Assembly: GCF_036321535.1 (NCBI RefSeq)
Contig: NC_087436.1
Location: 37,140,001 to 37,204,000 of the forward strand
Direction of reading: 5' to 3'
Source: Camelus dromedarius
Taxonomy: Eukaryota
Length of the DNA: 64,000 bases
Below the pieces are notes generated by a model. The model saw only the letters and a list, made by a program, of their open reading frames with translations, was not told the origin of the DNA and made no database searches. The translations under genes and the position numbers were made by a program. Of this stretch, positions 11,452 to 22,565 are shown piece by piece; within the stretch, counting starts at the first letter, position 1, and each line of letters opens with the position of its first letter.

Positions 11452-14400
11452 GGAAGACCGGGCTCCCTGCACCTGGGCCCCCGGGAACCCATGGTCAAGA
11501 TGTTGGTAGGGGGCCAACCGATGACATTTATGGTGGACACAGGTGCAGAACATTTGGTGGTAACCAAACCTGTGGCCCCCTTGACTGAGAAAAAGGCGAT
11601 TATCATAGGAACCAGCAGGGACGAAGCTGCTCGCCCATTTTGCCATCCACGATCATGCCAGCTGGGAGGATGTTTAGTGACTCATGAGTTTCTCAACCTA
11701 CCAGAATGCCCCATCCCCCTCTTGGGAAGAGACTTAATTCGTAAACTGGGGGCCCAGATAACATTATCTCCTGGAAAGCAAACACGTCTAACTCTGAGGG
11801 GAAAGGAAGCCTTGCTCATGATGGTGACCGTGCCCTGAGAAGAAGAATGGCGCCTATACCAAACAGAAAGCGCCCAGACAAACCCTGACTCTCTGCGAGA
11901 AGAATTCCCCTCCGTCTGGGCAGAAGGGGGACCCCCCCCGGACTGGCCCAAAACCATGCACCATTGGTAATAGAACTACAACCAGGTGCAACTCCATCCA
12001 GGCTGCGACAGTACCCTATACCCAGAGAAGCCCGCCTGGGAATTCAGAAGCACACCCAGCGTTTGCGTGATGAGGGAATTCTCATAGAGTGCCAGTCTCC
12101 ATGGAGCAACTCCCTCCTGCCTGTCAAAAAGGCGGAAGGAAAAGACTATAGGCCAGTGCAGGATCTGCGAGTAGTTAACAATGCTATAATCACAACACAT
12201 CTGGCGGTCCCAAATCCATACACTCTTTTAAGCCTCCTACTGGCCCAAGCCAAATGGTTCACCTGCCTAGACCTCAAAGATGCTTTCTTCTGCCTCAGGC
12301 TGGCACCAAATATTTGCCTTTGAATGGGAGGACCCCCATATGGGCAGGAAAACTCAGTTAACCTGGACTCGCTAACCTCAGGGTTTTAAAAACTCACCCA
12401 CCCTGTTTGGAGAAGCACTGGCCACAGACTTAACTGCCTTCCCAGGAGAAGCTCTAAACTGCACCCTGCTACAGTATGTAGACAACCTGTTATTAGGCAG
12501 CCCCAATCAAAAGAACTGTTGGAAGGGAACCCAGGCCCTGTTAGCTCTGCTATCAGATGCTGGCTATAAGGTTTCCTGGAAAAAGCACAAGTTTGTAAAA
12601 GGACAGTTAAGTATCTCGGGTTCATTGTCTCAGAAGGACACCGAGCTTTGGGCCCAGAGTGAAAACAAGCCATTTGTGCAATACCATGGCCAGGCACCAA
12701 GAGAGAGATCTGAGAATTCCTGGCGGCAGCAGGGTTCTGCCAAATCTGGATCCCTGGTTTCTCAGACATAGCCAAGCCCCTGTATGAAGCCACTGCTGGA
12801 TCTGGGAAAGAACCCTTGGACTGGGGACCCAAGCAGGAAGAAGCATTTAATAAGATCAAAAGACTACTAACCAGGGCCCCAGCCCTGGGACTACAAGATG
12901 TGACAAGAGAATTCAACTTGTTCGTCCATGAGAAGAATCATACAGCCCTAGGGGTTCTCACCCAAGCAGTGGGGCCATGGCAGCGGCCCGTGGCCTATTT
13001 GTCAAAGTGTCTGGACCCTGTAGCTTCATGGTGGCCACCATGCTTATGAGGGTTGGCTGCTACAATAACTCTAGTCAAGGAAGAAGACAAGCTCACCCTT
13101 GGACAGACTGTCAACGTGAAGGTTCCACAAGCAGTCACCACCCTAATGAACAGCCAGGGGCACCAATGGCTAACCAACACTAGAATGACACGTTACCAAG
13201 GGCTCCTTTGTGAAAACCCCAGGATCCGCCTGGAGATGGTACGAACCTTGAACCCAGTCACCTTCCTGCCTGAGGGAGAGGGCCCACCTGACCACGACTG
13301 TGAGAAGATAATCGAGGAAGTCTACTCAAGCAGGCCTCATCTGTCTGATGTTCCGTTCCAGAACTCTGAACTTGAACTTTTTACAGACAGAAGCAGCTAC
13401 GTGCAGGATGGACAATGTAAGGCAGGATATGCGGTGACCACAGCATACGAGATAATAAAAGCCAAATCTCTACCACAGGGATGGTCGGCACAGAGGGCAG
13501 AAATAGGGGCACTCATCCAGGCATTATGAGAAGGAAGAGGAAAGCGGGTCAACATTTATACGGACTCTAAGTACGCCTTCGCTACCCTGCATATACATGG
13601 TGCTGTATATAAAGAAAGGGGTCTATTAACAGCTGGAGGAAAGGAGATCAAAAATAAAGATGAGATATTACAACTGTTAGAGGCAGTTTGGGAGCCGGCG
13701 GAGGTGTCCGTCATCCACTGCAAGGGACATCAGAAGAGAGATGACCCTGTAAGCAGAGGAAACCGACTGGCAGACCAGGCTGTGCAAGAAGCAGCGAGTC
13801 AATCTGGCCACACCAGAGATTCTGGGACCATTGCGAAGGTTCTGCTAGCACCTGAACTGCCAACGCCTCCGGAATACAGCCGAGAGGAAAACTTATGGGC
13901 CAGGACTGAAGGAGGAATCAAAGGAAAGGAAGGATGGTGGGTGATGCCTGACAAACGGATATACATACCTGAACAATTAGCCCATCACGTGGTCCTCCAG
14001 CAGGATGAGCTCACCCACTTGGGAAAAACTGCCTTGGGGCCCTGCTGGATCGATACTATCTGATCGCTCGACTTCCTTCCCTCTGTGCCTCAGTCTCACA
14101 GTGCTGCCTTGTATGGGCCCAGAACAATGCAAAACAGGGGCCAGTTGAACTAAAGGGAATCCAGCGCTGTGGCCAGGCTCCTTTAGAAGCTATGGAAGTG
14201 GATTTCACAGAAATAGGGCCTAGCAGAGTATACAAATACTTACTGGTTTTTGTCTGCACTTTTTCAGGATGGGTGGAGGCATACCCAACACGGACAGAGA
14301 AAGCAAGGAAAGTAACAAAGGCCTACTCAGAGACATTATTCCCAGATTCGGGATGCCATTGACCATAGGGTCAGAAAATGGACCTGCATTTGTGGCAGAA

Positions 14401-15102
14401 ATAATACAAGTGGCAGAAGCGCTACACATCCACTGGAATCTACATGAAGCCTACAGGCCCCAGAGCTCAGGGAAAGTAGAGCACATGAACTGAACCCTAA
14501 AGCAAGTTATGGCAAAACTCAGTCAGGAAACTCAGCTACCTTGGACTGACATTCTGTCCCTGGCTCTTCTGTGGGTACACTGTGCCCCTCGATCCAAGAT
14601 AGGATTCTCCCCTTTTGAAATCCTGTATGGGAGACCCCCTCCTTTAATTAGACTAGGGGAAAGTATTAAGGAAGTGGGAAGCTTAGAACTTCATAAACAA
14701 ATACAGGGCCTTGGAAAGACTATGCGAGAAATCCATAGGTGGGTAACTGACAGAATCCCAGTTTCACTGGGAACAATGTTACACCCATATGAACCTGGGG
14801 ACCAAGTCTTGGTGAAAGATTGGAAAAGGGATCCCCTCAAACTCACTTGGAAGGGCCCCTACCCAGTTATATTAACCACCCCAACAGCTCTAAAAGTTGC
14901 AGATATCACCCCGTGGATTTATCACACCAGAGTAAAGAGAGCAACACCACCACGAGACGAGGACATCTGGAGAGTCGCCCAGGTTCCCGGAGAGCCTCTT
15001 AAAATCAGGATTCAGAAACGCCCACCTCACCTACCGGAGAGCACCAAGCCTTGCTCTAGCCACACCCGGAAGCTGGCTAGTCAACGCACGGTGGAAGCCT
15101 GA
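11452..15102 (+). pseudogene. pol: ERV pro-pol (protease, RT, RNase H, integrase), disrupted
   Basis: Protease FMVDTGAE; RT DYRPVQDLR, LDLKDAFF, LPQGFKNSP and YVDN (12475-12486); RNase H FTDRSS and YTDSKYAF; integrase EVDFTE, GSENGPAF, YRPQSSGKVE and WKGPYPV; several stops and frameshifts. Confidence 0.95.
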
Positions 15103-15560
15103 GGAACCACCAGTCAAGACGTAAAAAGAACTGCTGCCCTTTCTTTATTTTATTGAGCATTGTTACTTTATTACTAGTTATAGGACTGATAGCCACTGCA
15201 CCCCAGGATTGGAACATAGACCAGAAACTAATACCAGCTGTACTCTATCCGTCTACAATAGAAAGCCTAATGGTCAGTGTCTGCTATAGGAACTGTACCC
15301 CTGAAAGCCCATAATTGATCAAAAAGGGCCACCCAATTAATACCACTACTCATTGGGCTAGGGTTAGCAACTGGAGTTGGGCCTCCTGGCTCCTCCCCCT
15401 AGCAGGCCCCCTCCTTATGATCCTTCTAGCACTGCTGTTTGGTCCCTGCATCCTTAATCTCATTACCCATTTCAGTAGCTTACAAATAGTGTCACTATGA
15501 CTACAGCTACTAATTACTCAGTACAGGCCCCTGGACCAGGTAGAACCCAATGAAGAATAA
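15084..15560 (+). pseudogene. env: env remnant: signal-peptide-like segment joined in frame to TM anchor and cytoplasmic tail; most of SU/TM missing
   Basis: Hydrophobic FFILLSIVTLLLVIGLIATA (15141-15200); WLLPLAGPLLMILLALLFGPCILN anchor; tail ..LQLLITQYRPL..; internal stops at 15312 and 15498. Confidence 0.8.
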
Positions 15561-15610
15561 GGGACACCACTCTAAGGTTGATGCTCACTACAGATGTTAG
15601 AGAGAGCATC

Positions 15611-15622
15611 AAAAGGGGGGAA
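15611..15622 (+). promoter_or_regulatory. Polypurine tract
   Basis: AAAAGGGGGGAA directly abutting the TG of the 3' LTR. Confidence 0.92.
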
Positions 15623-16103
15623 TGAGGCGGGAAGCCCCATAAAAAGACCAGCAGGACCCCTGGGCAGGGCCGCTGCTCTCCTCCTGGCACCACCCAGTTC
15701 CCTGGCCCAGAAGCTCTATCTCACTTTTTGCCTCTAAAGCGGCTAACTTACATCTAGAATTCTATTGGTTCCCTGAGCTCACTTCTGATTGGTCCATTTG
15801 TAGTAACTTCATTTGCATGGAGCTCACTCCTGATTGGTCTATTTCTACAAAGCTTGTTCCTGGTTGGTCAACTTCTGTTGTACTTTATTTGCATATGATG
15901 TTGCAAACTGTAAAACTGGCAGCCTATAAAAGTCCTGTGTAAACCTACAGAGTCTGGAGCTTGAAATGTTAACTCCTTTGTGCCTGCTGGCGTAATAAAC
16001 CTAGTTCTCCAACTCTCCGAGTGCTGCTTGGTCTCTCGCCTGGATCCAGGTTGCTGTCACAACTGAGCTGTAACACTGAGCTGTAACACATTTTTCCGCA
16101 ACA
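15623..16103 (+). repeat. 3' LTR (481 bp)
   Basis: Begins immediately after the PPT; homologous to the 5' LTR; followed by TSD CTAC. Confidence 0.96.
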
Positions 16104-16188
16104 CTACAAAATAAGGAAATAAACCAAGAAGACATAGGATCCAGTCAAAAGGACCTAAAAACAGGAGTGAGGCAAAAGGATGCCCAGG

Positions 16189-16296
16189 TAGGGTGACCAA
16201 TTGTTCCAGTTTGCCTGGGCCAGAATGGGTACCAGATGTGGGACTGTCAACCTTAAAACTGAGCCAGTCCCTAGCAAACTGGGATGAGTAGGTCAT
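16189..16296. mobile_element. Short hAT-Blackjack-like DNA transposon relic (MER81/MER94-like)
   Basis: tagggtgaccaattgttccagtttgc...gcaaactgggatgagtaggtca, with degenerate terminal inverted repeats. Confidence 0.55.
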
Positions 16297-19200
16297 TGTA
16301 GTCCAGGAGAACAGTGAGGGGAAGTCCCAAGTGGAAAGCTGGTAGCAGATATAGAACTGGACCAGACAGGGAGGAGAGAGTGCTCCAGAAGGGAAATCTG
16401 GAAAATATATCCAGGGGAAAGTACATGCATACATACGTGTGTGTGCATGTGTGTATTTCCTGGTGAGTCTGAGTGTATTAAAGAAATTTCTTTTTGAGGG
16501 GAAGAGTTTACAGATCACTAAAATATAAACATATAAGCAATGAAACCAATGATGACAGTGGAGACAAGAGGGAAAATGAAAATTGATAGATGAAAGAAAG
16601 TGAAATCAGAAGACATTACCATGGCTGTTCTGTGAGTTATATTTATGTAATCATGATAATGTGAGCACTGAATATTGTACCAACCAGATATAACTATTGT
16701 CATGGTAGAGAAAGAGGGAGCAAGAGAGTGTATGTAAAGTTCATATTATTATCTTCCACGGTATGGAGTCAATAGCTACTATCCTGAAAGAAAGCAAGTT
16801 ATTTAAAAACGTGGAGGTCAGTTTCAGATAAGAAAAGTATTTAAAAGAGTTGAGAAAATCTAGAGAATGGAAGTTAATAGTGGTAGCAAGTAAGATGGGA
16901 GACTCTTTATTGTAAACATATTAGAAAAACTTGACTTTAGAAATTATGAACATGAATATCTTTGAAAGAGTAATGTATGTTTAAAAGAAGTAATTACAGT
17001 TAGCAGCTTGTGTTTTAACTTCATTTATGTAATATTTTATCACTCAGCATTTTTTATTTTAATGTTGTCAATTGCATTCATTTTTTTTGATGTTTTCTTC
17101 GTGATCTTAATTTCTTCATTAATGTAATGTCAAAACAGAGTGAAAAAATTGCTAAAGAGCATGCAGAGAATATTACTGATTATATTAAGTTTGAAACATA
17201 TGAAGAAATACAACATACTGTTTTTGATTATGACTAGACACAGAAATGACTAAGATACGTAAGCGAGAATAACAACAGTAATACTATCCTGTGTCTACAG
17301 CATTTTATTTCTTTATTTAAAAATCTGTTGAGTTAACAAGATACGAATTTTAACAACGTTTGATTGGTAACAAGTATCCTTTTTTGGGGATATTTCATAG
17401 TTAAAAAAAAATATCAGTAGGCAGTCACAACCCGGAGGCAAGGCTTACCATAGAAGCAGGTACAGTGGTGTTGGGGAACCCGTAGACAGGCAGACTGGGG
17501 GTGGGGGGTTGGTTACGGAAGACTTGGGAAGGTGATGGCATCTGAGCTACAACCCCAGGGAAGCATTGGCAGCGCTGGGGGCGGGGGCAGTGGGTGTGCC
17601 AGGGGTGGGGTGGCTATGTGTCCCTAAGAAAGTTAGGGGCATTTGTGATTTGTGTTTTGGGGGGAAATAGTGAAGACCCTATAAACCACGTTCCATGAGT
17701 CAGGATCTCATTCCAGGGAAAAGGTGAAGCATAAAGGGCGCTGAGCTTCCGGGCGATGGAAGGACCTGGGAGACCTGGTGAGGAATCTGGTGTCTGTATT
17801 TAATTGGTGCAGAATGGTTTTCCCCCAACACTAGGAGGTCTTTCTGCTTCAGGGAGCCTACTGGTTTTGCCTTTTCTGACTTCCCCACCAGAGGGCAGCG
17901 AGGTGCCCTTGTCCCTAATTGCTTCCCCGCTGTGTCACGCGGAGGCCCCTGGCCTGCCCCAGTCTTGGCTAAATTGTGCCCAACGCTCCCTCTCTGCCCC
18001 AGCAGCAGATCCCACCTGTGTGTCAGGCAGCCCCAGTTCCCAACTGTGAAGGCCTTGTCAATATGTTTTTTCCTTTTTAGTCTCCCTTCTATGCCAAAAC
18101 CCCTCCTCCTCGTCCTTGTCCTCGTGGGATTCCTGGACGCTGAGTCACGCGTGGAGCCCTCTAAGTCCCGCCCACTGCCCTTGACTCTGCCCTGCCCCTG
18201 CCTGTCTGCCGCGCGGGAGGGTCTGCTGCCTGCAGAGTGTGTTTGCTGAACAGAGCAGTGTCCGAAGTGAGGAGGGTTGAATGTTGATTTTCCTGCCCAA
18301 GTCCAGCTTGAGAGACAGGGCAGGGCTTGTGCTAAGAATTTGTGGGTATTTATTGTGGCCCAGGGCTGGAGTTATTTCTTTTCTCAAAGGTAGTTTTTGG
18401 AAAGTACTTGGAAATATGTACTTTTATCCTGCTTGTGTGATGTGAAGTCTCCTTCTATTTGGAATTCCCTGTTTACACCTTCTAAAAGAGAGGTTATCCC
18501 TCCAAAGGGGAAACATGATTTGGTTTTGATATTTTGCACTTTTTTTATGTTGTCTCTTTTTATTTTGAGGAAAAATTTACATAAAGTGGAATGAACAAAA
18601 GCAAATTGTGATTTTTGATAAATATCTATACCCATGTAATTATAATCCAAATCAAGATAGAGAATCTTTTCTTCCTTTCTGGAAAATTCTCTTTTCCTCT
18701 TTTGGTTAACTTTACTCTTGATTTCTATCACTTTAGCTTACTTTTCCTGTTCCTGGAACCTCACATAAATGGGATCAGATAGAATCTATCTTTCTTGTGT
18801 CTTGCTTCTTTTCCTTTTTGAGATTATACCCTACTGTTGTGTTCTTTTTTATTGCTGAATACCATCCCATTTCATGAGTATACCACAATTTATCTATCTG
18901 TTCTCATTCTGATGGACGGTTAGGTTGTTCCTACACACTAATTTTTAAAATGTAAACTAACTGTGTAAAAAGGTTTAAAACTTTTCTCTATAGTGGAGGC
19001 TGCTTTTTATGAAATCCAAATTACATCCTTAGCTGATTCTCTGAAATACTGAATTAGATTCTCTCTATCCTATAGATTCTGAACTTGGAAAGATAGAAGC
19101 TTGATTGTTAAACAAGAATGTGTCTTTCTTGAGGACATGTGTCTTCTTTGGGGCTCCAGCAAAGCTTAGTGCTTTACTTTGTATGTGGTTGGTGTTCAGT

Positions 19201-20349
19201 GAATGTGTGTCAAGTTGCTCCACTCCCTTAGTTTTGAGCCCATTTAGTAGTTGTAAATCCTGTTTCCTAGGCTTTCAGATCTTAAAATCATGTATCCTGA
19301 TAGCTAACTATGGCCTAGATGACCTGTAGAGAAACTGGAAGGAAAGATGATGAAGGGCAAAGGAAATGTGATAAACTTGCGGAACGCTGAGAGGCAGTGC
19401 TCTTGGGCTGGTCCAGGACAGAGTGTGATTCTGCAGCATTGTGAGTCCTCTGTTCACTCCCCACTATGGCTTCCTTTCACATTTATTAATCTGGTTAAAA
19501 GAACTTAAATGTTTCCTTTAAATTGCCTAGATAATTTTGATTTGGAATATTAACACCACATGGACATTTGCGTTCTTTGAAAACATTGAAATTTTGTCTT
19601 TCATTCTAAGTATTGCCTGATCTTCGGAATCCTGTTCTTATAACTTCATTTGTGGTGCTGACTCAAGCAGTTCAGACTTTCTTGGTAAACGAAATGTTTA
19701 TCTAATGTTTCACTTCTTGTGATCTGGGACATGGTGGCTTTTTAAAAAACCAAAATTGCATAAAATAACCAAAATGAAAACACATTTTGTTTAATCATAT
19801 ATGCCTATATATGCGAGCATGCCTAGCTACTAGTTATATTATTATTACTATATATAATGTCTAAAGGCTGCATATCAAACAGTATACAGTCTGGGCAGAA
19901 GGACTGTGGGTGCTGAGAGACCTGGGAAGCAGAGGAACATTTAAATATCACTGTGAAGATACACTCAGCCAAATCCAGAATGTGAGAGATTCTCCAGGAC
20001 ATGTGAACTAATTTCTTCAGTAAATACATGGCATGAAAAAACAAAACATAAAAAAGAACATGTCTTGATGTTCCCTCAATTCCCATCCTGAGTCTTTAAG
20101 GCCATATTAAATAATAATAACAGAATTTTGAACTCTTTGTATTTTGCTGTATGAATACTGAGTAGTTAATCTACTAAAACATAATTGGTTTTACTGTGTT
20201 TCAAAAAGAAACTAGAGAAATAAAAGATAGTTCATGGGAATTGCTAAAACCCATTGGAGGCTTGAGTTAGGAAGATTGAGCACCCCAAGCTTGGAACTTG
20301 GGTCTGGAATTTCATTTACGCTGACTTCCGCAAGTAAACTATTTGAACA

Positions 20350-20515
20350 AGTTATCTATTGATCTGTAACAAATTTCCCTAGAACTTGTAGCTTTAAAAA
20401 GTAAACACTTTTAATCTCATCATTTCTGTGGGTCAGGAATTCAGGAGCAGCTTAGCTGGGTGGAGGTGGCTCCTGGTGGGTCCTAAGGTTGCTGTCAAGG
20501 GGTCAGGGCACATGG
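20350..20515 (-). mobile_element. MaLR LTR fragment (MLT1-like)
   Basis: 'ttatctattg..tgtaacaaat..tctcatcatttctgtgggtcaggaattcaggagcagcttagctggg'. Confidence 0.6.
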
Positions 20516-21258
20516 CCAAAGAGGAGCCTGAAGAGAAAGAATTGAGAGGAAGATGCTACTGACGGGGCCTCAAAGGAGGAGTAGGTGCTGCTTCAGGCGA
20601 ATGAAGAGAAGGTAGGGGAAGATAACAAATGCAGTAACAGGGAGTTTTTAGTTGCTTATTAGCAAGAAAGTAGAGAGTGGGAGTATAGTTGGAGGAAAAG
20701 TTCAGGAAGGCTCCTAAAGAATTGTGAGTATTTCCCACCAGCAGTTTGGATCTGCTAAAGCTCTGTTGATTTCAAGCATGGGGTAACACAAATTAGATTT
20801 GCATTTAGAAGACAAATTAGGGAGAGGAGCAATTAAGAGTCCAGTAGAAAATGATCACAGTAGCAAGTGGGGAGAAGGGAGCCAGAGCAAGACAAGAAGT
20901 GTTATTAGCATCTCCCACCTTAGATGTGGTGGTGGGAGGGGCTGGTGACAGAACGTGAAGGATCCAGAAATACTGCTATGATTCTGCGTGAGTGACTAGT
21001 TAACAGTGGTGTCATCACCCAGGACAGGGAATGTGGAAGAAGCAGCTGGTCTTGAAGGGGTAATGATGCGTTCAATTTGAGCATGTTGGTTTTGCATTAC
21101 CTGTGGCCTGTCCTGGTTGAGACATGAGATGCGGGCAGGTAGGTATGTGATCCTAGAGCTCAGGAGACAGGGCTGAGCTGAACAATGAGGATTTGGAAGT
21201 GTCGTTTGCTGTGGCCAGGCCAGCTTCTGGGTGACACAGTAACAAATAAACACGGAGC

Positions 21259-21712
21259 TGTAGAGGAGAAATTAATCAATCAAGAAAGAGATGGAAATTT
21301 CATTTGAGCCAAATTTGAGGATTATAACCTGGGGAAGAGAACCTCAAAGAGCTCTGAGAACTGTCTTACTTGTTGGAAATCAAAGCACAGTTAACTTAAA
21401 TTTTTTGAGACAGAGAGCTGTACATCAAATGATGTATTATTGACAGTTTACATAGTCCAGATCTAAGTGTCATCCTGGTGGGTCATGTGACCCCTTACAA
21501 GATCAGGAAGGACTGTTGTCTTTTAAAGAGTTGTTGATACTAGAAGAATGTCACTCTTGATGGTTGAGCAGGTATTCCTGCCGATGGGAAGGTTTGTTCC
21601 ATGTGAAATGCAGATACACAGTGCACAGTGCAGGGAGAAAGGAGGACAAAGTGCAAAGAATTTATATTTAAATTTTCCTTGTCTAGCCATGAAATATGAA
21701 TTTTATTTCACA
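21259..21712 (-). mobile_element. ERV solo LTR (454 bp)
   Basis: TG...CA termini flanked by a perfect 4-bp TSD GAGC (21255-21258 and 21713-21716); strand inferred from a polyA-like signal near 21300 on the minus strand. Confidence 0.8.
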
Positions 21713-21746
21713 GAGCTGCGGCTCAGCAGGGAATCTCTTATATGCT

Positions 21747-22565
21747 TAGGGGTTCTCAACTGGGGACAGCTTGGCCCTGCAGGAGACATTTGGCAATGTT
21801 AGGGGACATTTTTTGTCACAACAGGGGAAGGTGCTGCTACTGACAAATAGTGGGTAGAGGCTGGAGAGGCTGTTACCTGAAAACTGGGTTCGCCTCTTGG
21901 TGGGTGTCAGGCCAAAAGACACAACGGAGCCAAAGATCGGGAGAAGGAAGGATTTATTTATTGCTTGCAGCAAGTAAGGAGAACACCAGGGGTCTTTCCC
22001 AAAGTATTGTCTTCCCAAACAGCAAAACTGGGGAAGTTTTAAGCTAAGGATACATGCATATTCATGCAGAGGCTTGAGCAGAGCAGAATTCAGCGTGGAG
22101 TCGGGGCCACGGTTGGCAGAGTCCACACTTTAGCTGATTGAGGGTCAACACCATCATTCTGCTCTCCACATGTGGGCATTCATTCCTGCAGAACTCAAAG
22201 CTGTGTATCAGACTATTATGTGTGTTCCTTGAGGAGGAACTAGGACTCTGTTTATGCTGAACTATTATTTTTTGGCTGCTTCTCCTTTGTTTCTGTTCCC
22301 TCACTTCCCTTAAGATCATTAATTACTGAGATCCATTCAAGGGCAAGCATTGTGGCCAGGCTTATATCACAACATGGCTTAGGTCAAAAATGGCTTCTCT
22401 TCTGTCGAGAAAGTCCTGCCTGGTTCTTTTTCTCTGGAGCCCCCCACCCTATCTGTTTACAATGCTGCTGAACTTCTTTCAGAGCACAGGACAGCTTCCC
22501 TTGTCCCCCACCAACAAATAATTTTCTAGCCAGCGTGTTGCTAGTGCTGTGGTTGAGAAACCCTG
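21747..22565. mobile_element. MER20-like hAT DNA transposon, split by an LTR insertion
   Basis: Left half taggggttctcaac...ggagacatttggcaatg...agtgggtagagg (21747-21870); right half atgctgctgaac...gcacaggacagc...ggttgagaaaccctg (22462-22565); terminal inverted repeats. Confidence 0.8.
21871..22461 (-). mobile_element. ERV solo LTR (591 bp) nested in MER20
   Basis: TGTTAC...TTTACA termini; TSD aggc/atgc with one mismatch; AATAAA on the minus strand near 21953. Confidence 0.75.

Larger units (their letters stand above)
8052..16103 (+). mobile_element. Endogenous retrovirus provirus, class I (gamma-like, HERV-E-like Gag), env-deleted and defective
   Basis: Two TG...CA LTRs; 4-bp TSD CTAC (8048-8051 and 16104-16107); PBS; PPT; gag, pro, RT, RNase H and IN motifs; TM remnant. 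Confidence 0.97.

Noticed and set aside
12386..12916. 176-aa ORF antisense to pol (and other antisense ORFs over gag/pol)
   Set aside because: Shadow of the retroviral coding strand; no motif or independent promoter evidence.
11151..14493. APOBEC3 hypermutation as the cause of the stops
   Set aside because: Stops map to probable Arg (CGA) positions while conserved Trp codons remain intact.
15315..15500. Possible domesticated env (syncytin-like) gene
   Set aside because: No SU, furin site, fusion peptide or immunosuppressive domain; internal stops and no ATG, so it cannot encode a fusogen.
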